From: an uncultured virus (IMG/VR IMGVR_UViG_3300042546_000459)
Taxonomy: Duplodnaviria; Heunggongvirae; Uroviricota; Caudoviricetes
DNA length: 64,000 bases
Reading direction: 5' to 3' (one strand)
Virus record (IMG/VR): IMGVR_UViG_3300042546_000459
A model generated the notes under the pieces. It did no database searches. It was not told the origin of the DNA and was given only the letters and a program-made list of their open reading frames with translations. Shown piece after piece: positions 8,969 through 18,580 of the stretch. The first letter of the stretch is position 1. Each line of letters starts with the position of its first letter. Both the position numbers and the translations under genes were made by a program.

Positions 8969-11530
8969 ATGCCAGCACGTAATGTAGGTATAAATTCAAC
9001 GTTTGAACAGCAACGACAAGTCATCAATTCAATTGCTGAGGATGTTTTTACTTTAACATCCTCTATTGTTGGATTTGGTAGTACTGGAATAACTGTTGAT
9101 GTTGATTATGCACCAAATGCTGGTGTCGCAACTTATTCGCAAACCTCTGGTATTGCTACTTATGCTGCTACTGCAGGAATAGTTTCTTATGCTAATTTAG
9201 CTGGAGTTGCAACATATGCATCAACTTCTGGATCTGCTGTTCAAGCACAAACTGCAGCATTTGCTGATGTTGTTGGTGTAGCGTCTTATTCATCAATTTC
9301 TGGTATTGCAACGTATGCTGTAGTTTCTGGCGTTGCTACTTATGCTTCTGTTTCTGGAATATCAACATATTCCTCATTATCTGGATCTGCTTCTATAGCG
9401 AGTTATTCTCCTGTTGCTGGATTTGCCACTGTTGCTGCTAATCTAACAGGAGTACCAAATCTTAATGTTGGTATTCTTACTGCTAGTAAATTTGTTGCTG
9501 ATGATGCAGAGTTTACTGGAATATTAACAGCACAAAGTCTTAAGTCGAGTTCTGGTTATATTCTTTCTCCAGATAATCAACAATCAATAAGAATTTTTAG
9601 TAGTAGTGGATCTGTAACATTTCCATTAGGAATTGGGTCCGATATAAATGTTGCTGGTATCATAACTGGAACAAAGTTATATGGTGATGCTTCTAATGTA
9701 ACTGGAATCGTTACTGATGGCATCTCATCTATTGTTGCTGGTGGTAATATAATTGTTCAGCAAACAGGGAATGTTGCTATTGTAACTGCTGTATTGGCAG
9801 GTGGTGGAGGAGGATTTTTTGAAGGCGGAACTGCTGGAATTGGAACAACATCTGCAGTTGGAATTGGAACAACTATACCAACAGAAAAATTAACAGTTAA
9901 AGGTAATGTTTCTGTTACTGGTAATATTATTCTTACTGGAGAAATAAGTTCTCCAACTAGAATTAAGTTTGGTAGTGGTGGGGAAAATATAAAAATTGGA
10001 GATTTAACTGGTGGTTTTGGTTCTGCAAACGTTGCGATTGGAGATCAGGCATTAGGACTAAACAATGGTGGTCTTGGTCATAATATTGCTATTGGACAAC
10101 TTTCCTATTATGCAGTAACTTCTGGACAATATAACATTGGACTTGGAGATCGTGCTGGACAAAATTTAACTACGGGATCTTATAATGTAATCATTGGTTC
10201 TTATAATGGACAGACTGGATTAGATATTAGAACATCATCAAATAATGTAGTCATTGCTGATGGTGCGGGTAATATTCGTCAGTATATTAATTCAAGTGGT
10301 AATGTTGGATTTGGTACAATCGATCCATCAGATAGATTAACTGTTTCTGGTAGAATACAGATACAACAAGATTCTGGTTCCAATAATAGAATTGTTTTTA
10401 GAGGACAACCATCATCCTCTTATCGTTGGAGTATTGATAACTACTCATCCAATAATGAATTTAGAATTTTTAGAGAAGATGATGCAACTGCTGCAAATGG
10501 TTTTGTTGCTGTTAGTATAAGTACTACTGGAACTTTAAATGCTACTAAATTTTCTGGAGATGGATCTTTATTAACTGGAATTACTGCTCTAGGGTCTGGA
10601 ATTCAAATCAAAGATGATGATGTTCTTGTAGGAACTGCAGCAACAGTAAATTTTGGATCTAACTTAAATGTTACTCTTTCCTCTGGCATTGCTACTGTCT
10701 CTGGGAATGGATTGGCAACTTATGCAAATATATCTGGTATTGCAACTTATGCATCTACTGCTGGGATTTCTACAACTTCTTCTTATGCAACTTCATCAGG
10801 AATTTCTACTTATGCTAGTTCATCAGGAATCTCTACTTACGCAACTTCATCGGGAATATCTTCTAGTTTAATTGCTACAGCAAGTGTTAATACTTCTGGA
10901 ATTATTACAGCATCTTCCTTCTCTGGATCTGGTTCTGGACTTACAAATCTTCCAGCTGCACAACTTACAGGATCACTGCCAGCAATTGATGGTTCTGCTT
11001 TAATAAATGTAACTGCATCTGGAACTGGTATTGTAGTTGAAGATAATAATGTAAATGTTGGATCTGCAGTAACAGTCAATTTTGGAACTGGACTTGATGT
11101 TACATTCAGTTCTGGTATAGCAACTGTATCATCATCTGGTGGTTCACTACAATCTAGAATAACAGTTAGTGGAGTAACTACATCAATTCCTAATCTTGGG
11201 ATTGGTAATACTGATATTACTGGATTTAAATCTTATTCATTAATGAAAGTTGGATTATCTACCGCAGGATGGATAAGACTATATACTGATAGTACATCTA
11301 GAACGAACGATGTGACCAGAAGTGTTGGAGAAGATCCAGCACCTGGAAGTGGAGTGATTGCTGAGGTTGTAACTACTGGAATATCAACTCAACAAATAAT
11401 TACTCCTTTTGTTATGGGTGGCAATATGGATACTCCCGTCACCGATAAAATTTATGTTGCTATAACCAATTTATCTGGTTCGACGCAAACAATCACCGCA
11501 AATCTCACCATTCTTCAACTGGAGGCATAA
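8969..11530 (+). CDS. Tail fibre-like protein with 9-aa (S/A)GI(A/S)TYA repeats
   Basis: Repeats AGVATYS/SGIATYA; GNVGFGT..P...L.V.G fibre motifs. Confidence 0.7.
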   Translation: MPARNVGINSTFEQQRQVINSIAEDVFTLTSSIVGFGSTGITVDVDYAPNAGVATYSQTSGIATYAATAGIVSYANLAGVATYASTSGSAVQAQTAAFADVVGVASYSSISGIATYAVVSGVATYASVSGISTYSSLSGSASIASYSPVAGFATVAANLTGVPNLNVGILTASKFVADDAEFTGILTAQSLKSSSGYILSPDNQQSIRIFSSSGSVTFPLGIGSDINVAGIITGTKLYGDASNVTGIVTDGISSIVAGGNIIVQQTGNVAIVTAVLAGGGGGFFEGGTAGIGTTSAVGIGTTIPTEKLTVKGNVSVTGNIILTGEISSPTRIKFGSGGENIKIGDLTGGFGSANVAIGDQALGLNNGGLGHNIAIGQLSYYAVTSGQYNIGLGDRAGQNLTTGSYNVIIGSYNGQTGLDIRTSSNNVVIADGAGNIRQYINSSGNVGFGTIDPSDRLTVSGRIQIQQDSGSNNRIVFRGQPSSSYRWSIDNYSSNNEFRIFREDDATAANGFVAVSISTTGTLNATKFSGDGSLLTGITALGSGIQIKDDDVLVGTAATVNFGSNLNVTLSSGIATVSGNGLATYANISGIATYASTAGISTTSSYATSSGISTYASSSGISTYATSSGISSSLIATASVNTSGIITASSFSGSGSGLTNLPAAQLTGSLPAIDGSALINVTASGTGIVVEDNNVNVGSAVTVNFGTGLDVTFSSGIATVSSSGGSLQSRITVSGVTTSIPNLGIGNTDITGFKSYSLMKVGLSTAGWIRLYTDSTSRTNDVTRSVGEDPAPGSGVIAEVVTTGISTQQIITPFVMGGNMDTPVTDKIYVAITNLSGSTQTITANLTILQLEA

Positions 11531-11536
11531 GGATAA

Positions 11537-13465
11537 ATGGCAATCTCTACAAATACTTTTAGAGTTAATCCAGGTTGGGCAAGATCTGATGTTATTAGTC
11601 AGATGGAGAGTGCTTTAACTTGGTTAGGTTGGCATTCTGGAACTGAAACTGGTCAAGTTGTTGGACTCAGTAGTTTTTGGGGTGGTGGTAATACTGGTGT
11701 TACCGAGTATTATTACGATGTCAGACAAAAATCTACAAGTGGTGTTGGAACAAATGCTAGCTTTTTTGTTTATAGAGACACTATTGGGGTTAGATATGTT
11801 CTTGTAAATCGTCCTGGTGTTGGATATACTGGTGGTGAATTAATTGTCCTTGATGGAAATAGCATCGGTGGAATTTCAAGTGGTGCAGCAGACTTATCGT
11901 TTAAAGTTTGTGTAAATGAAACAGTAACGGGTGGAACTAATATTTCTATAGCAGTAACAAATATTGTTTATGGTGGAACTGATTATACGTGGAGATTTTC
12001 GGGTTCAGATAGAAATGGAGTAATTGGTTCAGGTCAAACTCATATTACCGTAAGAGAAGGTGATGTGGTAAGTATTGGTAATAGTTATACTAATTCATTT
12101 AATCCCGCTCTTGCAAATCCAACTCCATATACGACAAGTAATACAAATACAAATAGAGATCGTGGAATGATTGCAGGTCAAAATTCTGGTGGTATTCCAT
12201 ATAATAATTTTATTGTTTTTAGACCTAAAATCGGACAAGCAGGAACATATACCTTTAGAGGTACAGGGAGTAATCTTGGACCAGAAATGGGTAGATTGAT
12301 TGTTCAACCTTGGAGTGGAAATCCTGGTGATAGAACATTAGTTGGAATAGGATCAACAAATACTTTCTGGGATAAAGATTTATCAACAACTTATCCTTGG
12401 GCAGTTCAAAATCATAAGATACAAGATAATAAACGGTATGGATCTACTTATCGTATTTTTAGAGAATATACTGCTGGGTATCTTGATATTGTAACATGTA
12501 GTGGATATAGTTCTTACTATGGTGGGGAATATTATGGTAACGTTGATAATAACAATACCGACACTTCCGATTATCATGGCGGAACAGCGTCTCCCAAAAG
12601 AGCTGCTGGATCTACTCTTTTAGATTACCCATCTAATAATATAAGTGATATAAGGGACAGTGGAATGTCATTGGCAGAATATGCCACTTTGACGACCCAG
12701 ATTATGCGTTTGGCAACTGTTAATCACGGAACAAATTATGGATTTAATTTGGATTTAAATGTATTTAAATCTAACCTTGACCCTAGGTTTGCAGTATTTT
12801 CTTATAGAGCATCTAATTTATCATCAACACATCTTACTACAAATACTTTTGATACTTGGTTTTTCCACAACTTTACTACTGATATTTGGGATTTGGATCA
12901 TGTATTTCTTGGTGGAATGACTGTGATTTATCCTACAACTGGGAATACAACAAATCCAACATTAACGTTTAGAACTTATTTGAGCTCCAAAGATCCAGAT
13001 AATCTTAATTCTGGAGCAAAAAGAACTGCAGAATTTCCTTATCAAGATAATAGGGGATACACTTCTGGTTCGGACAATTATGTTGATTGGATTATAGAAT
13101 CGACTGCATATCCATTTGACATGACTCCGTATACCACAAGAATGTATTATAGGTCTAATGATTCTGTTCTTACTTATGGTGGTGGATATCCCAATACTGA
13201 TGGTGGAAATGAAAGAGTGTCTCCAGATGCAAACTTTAATGCCGTTATAAAAGGATTGCCGATTAGTGGATGCCTTCTTCCTATTCCATACTATTTGCCA
13301 GATGACTTTGTTTTGATTCAATTTTATTACAATGCTGCAAGTGCAAATATTCAACAGGGAGATACAATTACAATAAGTCCCAGTGAAGTTTATACTGTAA
13401 TTACTGGATCTTATAATCAAACAACAGTGACTCGTGGAATTTTATTCTGTGCGAGGACTGTTTGA
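11537..13465 (+). CDS. Putative virion/tail protein
   Basis: 642 aa, G/T/Y/N-rich, within the late structural block. Confidence 0.55.
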   Translation: MAISTNTFRVNPGWARSDVISQMESALTWLGWHSGTETGQVVGLSSFWGGGNTGVTEYYYDVRQKSTSGVGTNASFFVYRDTIGVRYVLVNRPGVGYTGGELIVLDGNSIGGISSGAADLSFKVCVNETVTGGTNISIAVTNIVYGGTDYTWRFSGSDRNGVIGSGQTHITVREGDVVSIGNSYTNSFNPALANPTPYTTSNTNTNRDRGMIAGQNSGGIPYNNFIVFRPKIGQAGTYTFRGTGSNLGPEMGRLIVQPWSGNPGDRTLVGIGSTNTFWDKDLSTTYPWAVQNHKIQDNKRYGSTYRIFREYTAGYLDIVTCSGYSSYYGGEYYGNVDNNNTDTSDYHGGTASPKRAAGSTLLDYPSNNISDIRDSGMSLAEYATLTTQIMRLATVNHGTNYGFNLDLNVFKSNLDPRFAVFSYRASNLSSTHLTTNTFDTWFFHNFTTDIWDLDHVFLGGMTVIYPTTGNTTNPTLTFRTYLSSKDPDNLNSGAKRTAEFPYQDNRGYTSGSDNYVDWIIESTAYPFDMTPYTTRMYYRSNDSVLTYGGGYPNTDGGNERVSPDANFNAVIKGLPISGCLLPIPYYLPDDFVLIQFYYNAASANIQQGDTITISPSEVYTVITGSYNQTTVTRGILFCARTV

Positions 13466-13695
13466 TGGCTAATTTTACTTTTGCATCAGTAACAACAGCA
13501 AGAGTTGGAATTGCATCAACAGAGACAATTTATTCTAATATAGTTGGTGTTGCTTTATCTGTTACAACAACAAATGGGACAATTCCAATGGGGAATATAT
13601 CAGGAATGATCATTGATAATTCTCGTCCTGGTACATTAACTGGAAGAAGACCTCAAACTGGTCAAGTATTCCCTCGTGGAATTTACAATAAATAA
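13465..13695 (+). CDS. Small hypothetical protein
   Basis: TGATG coupling to the previous gene; C-terminal GRRPQTGQVFPRG. Confidence 0.6.
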   Translation: MANFTFASVTTARVGIASTETIYSNIVGVALSVTTTNGTIPMGNISGMIIDNSRPGTLTGRRPQTGQVFPRGIYNK

Positions 13696-13731
13696 AACAT
13701 ATAGATCTACAATTTAAGATTGTAGAATTAA

Positions 13732-16700
13732 ATGGCAGTATACTCCTACACATCTTCTGCCACTTTAAATATTACAGACGGATATGATGGCGATTTACTA
13801 GGGTCATATCCAGGATATTTTGTATCTACATATAGCGAAGAAAAAACATCTTTCGATTATAATAAAGATTCTATAGTTACCTATGATGTATGGGACTATG
13901 GAAGTATATCTGATGCAATAACTGAAGATGAAGATTATGGAGAAATAACCGCTACCATTGAATTATGGTATCAAATACAAGATTATGGTACGTTAGAAGT
14001 TAATACTACAAGATCTCCTTATGGGGAAATTAATTTTGGTGATTTTGCAGATTCTCGTTTAATCCGAGTTAGTGTTGGGGGAGTTCAATTTGCTCTGTTT
14101 GGTAGGGCAGCAACTGAAGTAATATTTAATCCTGTTAATAGAGTCTTTGATATTGAAGGTGCTGCTACTGTTAGGGCTACGTTGGCTTCTGCTGGTAACG
14201 GCATTGTCAACTTCCCTCGCGTCAAAGCGACAGATTCTGTGGGATTTTCTTCTCCAGAGTCTGTCTTTTTGTTGAAAATTCAAGGAAGTGCTGTTACTTA
14301 TCCAGTATTCTATGAAGGAGATAGAGTATTTGATATTGAAGGAACGGCAGATGAATCTATAACTTATGATTACAATGACTCTTCTAAACTTGATCTTAAT
14401 AGTGATGATTATGGATTTATTACTGAAGCTCTTTCTAGAACAGAAGACTTTGGATTAATAACTGAAGGTCAAGATATTCAAAGATGGGACTCTGAAGCAG
14501 AAGATTGGGGTCTTATTACTGAAGATATTACCGTTAATCTTTACGGTAAATTTAAATTATTCGGTAAAGGTGAAGAGAGCTTTATATTTGCAAATTATGA
14601 TGGATCTTGGGGTAATAAGCAACCAAGACTACTTGGTACTGCTAAAGATTATTCAACACCAAAAATTAATGGATCTGGAAAGATTACTCTTGAAGGAACT
14701 CCTCGCGTCCAAATTAGGATGCACTACAAGGCGGATGGTGGATGGGATAGATATCCAGACAGATTCCGTGGTGGATCACTATTTGGATTTAGTAGTGCTA
14801 CTCAAACTTCTACATTTACAGAATCTCCAACAGGAAAACTATTCTCAGTACAGAGTACAACTACATTTAGTGCAGTAAGAGATGAAGTTGGTATTAGTGA
14901 TGAGGATATTTTAGTCAGAGGTAATGCAAATTATATTGTTATCTTTAATGAAGTTGATAGGGTACTTACCTTTAGCAACATTGAAGATAATAGCAGGGTA
15001 TATTCATATAATGAAACTTCAATTGTTAATGTTGAAGGAATCGATTATGGATTTGTAAGTGAATCTCCAACATTATTTGAAGATTATCAAAATATAACTG
15101 GAGATGCTTATTATCCATGGGAAATTGATGACTATGGATTCTTAACACCAGATAGACCACTATTCCCATATGGTGTTGCAAGAATTATTAGCACTACTGC
15201 TGATAGTCAGACTAAGATTTATATTGGTGATGGGTTAACTTCCATCAATGGCAATGCTAAGGTATATGTATTACCTAAGCATAATGGATCTGGATTTATC
15301 AGAATTGCTGGTGAACTTATTGAGAAGAACACTGAAAATTATGTTGGTTCTGGATCACTGTTTGGATTCTCCAGCACATCTGAGTCTACTGCTGTTGTTG
15401 AAGAATCTAAGGAACTCTTCAAGTTCATTGGTAATGCAGTTGAGAAGAATACTGAGAATTATGTTGGATCTGGATTATTCTCCACACTTGGTGGATCCGC
15501 AGAATCTTATGGTCCAAATCCAGAAGAACAAGGAGAACTTTTTACATTCTCTGGATCTGCTGTTGAAAGAAATGCAGAATCTTACGTTGGTTCTGGATCA
15601 CTCTTCAGTATTAGTGGACATGCAGAAAGAGTTACATATCACTACAATGAATCTTCAATAGTTGATATTGAATCTTATGATTATGGATTTATTACTGAAA
15701 CTCCACTATTTGAATCATCTTGTGACACTATTTCTGATTACTCTTCTGAACTGATTAGTACTTATGCTGATGAAATAGTATCTGAATTTGGATGTGTTGA
15801 TGTTGGTGATGATTATGGATTAGTTGGTGATCAAACCATATATCCATGGCAGCGTGATGATTATGGATTTATTATTCCAGATGCTCCAAGAAGACCATAT
15901 GGTAAGTTTGAGTTTATCAGTGGAACTACTGATGCTCAAACTAAGGTATACATTGGATCTGGTTCACTATTTGGATTCTCCAGTACAACTGAAGCAACTG
16001 TTGTACAAGCAGAATCTAAAGGACTCTTTAGAATTTCTGGTAATGCTGCTGAGTCTACAACTCCTGCAACTGAAATTGGATCTGGATCCATATTTACATT
16101 TGTATCCTTTACTGAGACTGCTACTTATAATCCACCAGAATCTACTGAACTATTCAAGATTTCTGGTGAAGCATATGTATTGATTGCACCAGATTATCCT
16201 GGTAGTGGAACTATTACCGTTAGCGGTGAGGCAAGAATTTATGTCTTACCTAAGCATAATGGTTCTGGATTCGTTCATATTTTTGGTAATGCTGCTGAAT
16301 CAACAACTCCTGCAACTGAAATTGGTTCTGGATCCATATTTACATTTGTATCCTTTACTGAGACTGCAGTATTTAATCCTGCAGAATCTACAGAACTCTT
16401 CAAGATTACTGGTTCTGCAGTTGAGAAAAGTTCACCAGGACCAGATGGATCTGGAACTATTGAACTTAATGGTTCTGCAACAACCATCTTTAGACTTAAG
16501 GTTACTGAAACTGGAAGAGAACCAATTAAGGTTACTGGTAATGCTACAGAATCTACAACACCAGCAACTGAGATTGGATCTGGTTCACTCTTTGGATTCT
16601 CTAGCACAACTGAATCTACTTCTAATGCTGAGACTTCCAGAGAACTCTTCAGATTCTCTGGAACTGCAGTTGAGAAGAACACTGAGAATTACGTTGGTTC

Positions 16701-17712
16701 TGGTAATGTCAATATTGAAGGTAGTGCAACTACAATTTTTAGACTCAGAGTTACTGAGACTGGAAGAGAACCAATCAGAATTACTGGTAATGTAATTGAG
16801 AAGAATACAGAATCTTATCTTGGTTCTGGTTCACTCTTTGGATTCTCCAGTACAACAGAGTCTACATCTAATGCTGAGACCTCCAAAGAACTCTTCAAGT
16901 TCTCTGGAACTGCAACAGAACTTGTTTCTTATAATCCACCAGAAGTTGGTGAATTTATTAAACTTAGTGGAACTGCAGTTGAGAGAAATACTGAATCCTA
17001 TCTTGGAACTGGTTCACTCTTCGGATTCTCTGGTGCATCTGAGTCTATTTCTAATGCCGAGACTTCTAAAGAGCTCTTTAGATTCTCTGGTAAAGGTCAA
17101 GAATCTACAACTCCAGCACCACATATTGGTTCTGGTTCTATCTTTACTTTCGTATCATTTACAGAATCCACTTCTGTATCTGAAGTATCAACTGAACTCT
17201 TCAGATTCTCTGGAACTGCTGAAGAGAAGAATACCGAATCTTATATTGGAACTGGTTCACTCTTCGGATTCTCTAGCACAACTGAAGCATCTGGTTCTAA
17301 TCCTCCAGAATCAACAATTCTCTTTAGATTCGCTGGTAAAGGTGAGGAGTCTACAACTCCTGCTCCACATGTTGGATCTGGTTCCATCTTTACATTTGTA
17401 TCCTTCACTGAAACTAGAACCGTATCTGAAGTATCAACTGAACTCTTCAGATTCTCTGGAACTGCTGAAGAGAAGAATACTGAAGCATATAAAGGAACAG
17501 GACTTATTACTTCTATCGGAAGTAAGAGCACCACAATCTTCAGAGTTAGAGTTATTTCCGATGGTTCTCTCCTCAGAATTAATGGAAATCTTCGTGAAGC
17601 ATTTGCATATGGTTTATATAATGGATACGATGAAATTCAAATTAGTGGAGAATCTAGAGATAGAAAGATTAAGGCAGAACCTAAGAAGCCACCAAGAATA
17701 TATGTAATCTAA
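13732..17712 (+). CDS. Large acidic repeat protein, probably virion fibre
   Basis: 1326 aa; DYG motifs and about 41-aa repeats (GSGSLFGFSSTTES..ELF.FSG.A.EKNTE.Y). Confidence 0.65.
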   Translation: MAVYSYTSSATLNITDGYDGDLLGSYPGYFVSTYSEEKTSFDYNKDSIVTYDVWDYGSISDAITEDEDYGEITATIELWYQIQDYGTLEVNTTRSPYGEINFGDFADSRLIRVSVGGVQFALFGRAATEVIFNPVNRVFDIEGAATVRATLASAGNGIVNFPRVKATDSVGFSSPESVFLLKIQGSAVTYPVFYEGDRVFDIEGTADESITYDYNDSSKLDLNSDDYGFITEALSRTEDFGLITEGQDIQRWDSEAEDWGLITEDITVNLYGKFKLFGKGEESFIFANYDGSWGNKQPRLLGTAKDYSTPKINGSGKITLEGTPRVQIRMHYKADGGWDRYPDRFRGGSLFGFSSATQTSTFTESPTGKLFSVQSTTTFSAVRDEVGISDEDILVRGNANYIVIFNEVDRVLTFSNIEDNSRVYSYNETSIVNVEGIDYGFVSESPTLFEDYQNITGDAYYPWEIDDYGFLTPDRPLFPYGVARIISTTADSQTKIYIGDGLTSINGNAKVYVLPKHNGSGFIRIAGELIEKNTENYVGSGSLFGFSSTSESTAVVEESKELFKFIGNAVEKNTENYVGSGLFSTLGGSAESYGPNPEEQGELFTFSGSAVERNAESYVGSGSLFSISGHAERVTYHYNESSIVDIESYDYGFITETPLFESSCDTISDYSSELISTYADEIVSEFGCVDVGDDYGLVGDQTIYPWQRDDYGFIIPDAPRRPYGKFEFISGTTDAQTKVYIGSGSLFGFSSTTEATVVQAESKGLFRISGNAAESTTPATEIGSGSIFTFVSFTETATYNPPESTELFKISGEAYVLIAPDYPGSGTITVSGEARIYVLPKHNGSGFVHIFGNAAESTTPATEIGSGSIFTFVSFTETAVFNPAESTELFKITGSAVEKSSPGPDGSGTIELNGSATTIFRLKVTETGREPIKVTGNATESTTPATEIGSGSLFGFSSTTESTSNAETSRELFRFSGTAVEKNTENYVGSGNVNIEGSATTIFRLRVTETGREPIRITGNVIEKNTESYLGSGSLFGFSSTTESTSNAETSKELFKFSGTATELVSYNPPEVGEFIKLSGTAVERNTESYLGTGSLFGFSGASESISNAETSKELFRFSGKGQESTTPAPHIGSGSIFTFVSFTESTSVSEVSTELFRFSGTAEEKNTESYIGTGSLFGFSSTTEASGSNPPESTILFRFAGKGEESTTPAPHVGSGSIFTFVSFTETRTVSEVSTELFRFSGTAEEKNTEAYKGTGLITSIGSKSTTIFRVRVISDGSLLRINGNLREAFAYGLYNGYDEIQISGESRDRKIKAEPKKPPRIYVI
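17176..17480 (+). repeat. Perfect 59-bp direct repeat (17176-17234 and 17422-17480), 246-bp period
   Basis: GTATCTGAAGTATCAACTGAACTCTTCAGATTCTCTGGAACTGCTGAAGAGAAGAATAC occurs twice; another repeat pair with 246-bp spacing starts at 16081/16327. Confidence 0.85.
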
Positions 17713-17714
17713 AA

Positions 17715-17722
17715 TATAAATA
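17715..17722 (+). promoter_or_regulatory. T4-type late promoter
   Basis: TATAAATA upstream of 17750. Confidence 0.75.
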
Positions 17723-17749
17723 ATCTTAAGAATATTTTTTCCCTTTTTA

Positions 17750-18199
17750 ATGGCAAATACCAAACGAGTACAACTTCGTAAAGGGACCGAAACAGAACAT
17801 GCCTCATTTACTGGGGCATTAGCAGAAGTAACTTATGATACGACAAAAGGTGTCATAAGAATGCATGATGGATTGACAACATCTGGATTTGAAGTTCAAA
17901 AATCTAGATTGACTGAAATTAGTTCAACAACCAATTTGGCAACTAATATTAAATACTTTACTGATACTTCTGGCGGTCCATTTACTGTAACATTACCAAC
18001 ATTAAAATATGTTGGTGATGTCATTCAATTAGCAGATTCCAAATACTATTGGGGTATAAATAATCTTACGGTGAATACTCAAAGTGGTGAACAAATAAAA
18101 GATAGTACTGGATATATTGATGCACCTTTGGTATGTGATGTATCTGGGGCTTATATAGAATTAATTTGGGAAGGAACTTATTGGAGACTGTTCTCATGA
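17750..18199 (+). CDS. Short tail-fibre-related protein (Mtd/hyaluronidase-like N-terminal anchor)
   Basis: RVQLRKGT..EH..FTGA.AEVTYDT motif; C-terminal DTSGGPFTVTLP..GD...W module. Confidence 0.6.
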   Translation: MANTKRVQLRKGTETEHASFTGALAEVTYDTTKGVIRMHDGLTTSGFEVQKSRLTEISSTTNLATNIKYFTDTSGGPFTVTLPTLKYVGDVIQLADSKYYWGINNLTVNTQSGEQIKDSTGYIDAPLVCDVSGAYIELIWEGTYWRLFS

Positions 18200-18561
18200 C
18201 AATGCATCTAAGTAGATCAAATACAACTGGAGAAAAGACAGTAACGCAGTCAAACGATTTTGTCGTTCATGCATTGCGTAGAGACTCTACTGGAATGCTT
18301 TATTATACTAGAGTTGGTTCCGCAAGTACTGAAGTTGCTGATTTTCATAGAACAGATGGAACTCAATACCCTGGATTTTTGGATGGTGTTGATTATGTAG
18401 ATGAAACGACAGAAGAGAAATCTTATACGAATCATCCAACAGATAAATACCAACAGTATAGATTTGATTTTAGAGGATTAAATTATCTCATCGATGATGA
18501 TGGATACCTCGTTGCCAGAATTAATGGCACCTATGATTATAATACCCAAGGACCTAAGTAA
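18196..18561 (+). CDS. Hypothetical protein
   Basis: ATGA overlap with the previous stop; KYQQYRFD..YLIDDDGYLV. Confidence 0.6.
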   Translation: MTMHLSRSNTTGEKTVTQSNDFVVHALRRDSTGMLYYTRVGSASTEVADFHRTDGTQYPGFLDGVDYVDETTEEKSYTNHPTDKYQQYRFDFRGLNYLIDDDGYLVARINGTYDYNTQGPK

Positions 18562-18580
18562 AGTAAGGAATTAAAACACA

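Noticed and set aside
15300..17500. Near-identical DNA repeats suggesting a DGR template/variable pair or a CRISPR array
   Set aside because: The repeats are in-frame protein repeats with mostly synonymous differences; no reverse transcriptase, no adenine-specific pattern and no repeat-spacer structure were seen
14570..17707. Long alternative-frame Leu-rich ORFs inside the 1326-aa gene, and similar shadow ORFs elsewhere
   Set aside because: By-products of NNT codon bias and repeats in the real frame; no recognisable motifs
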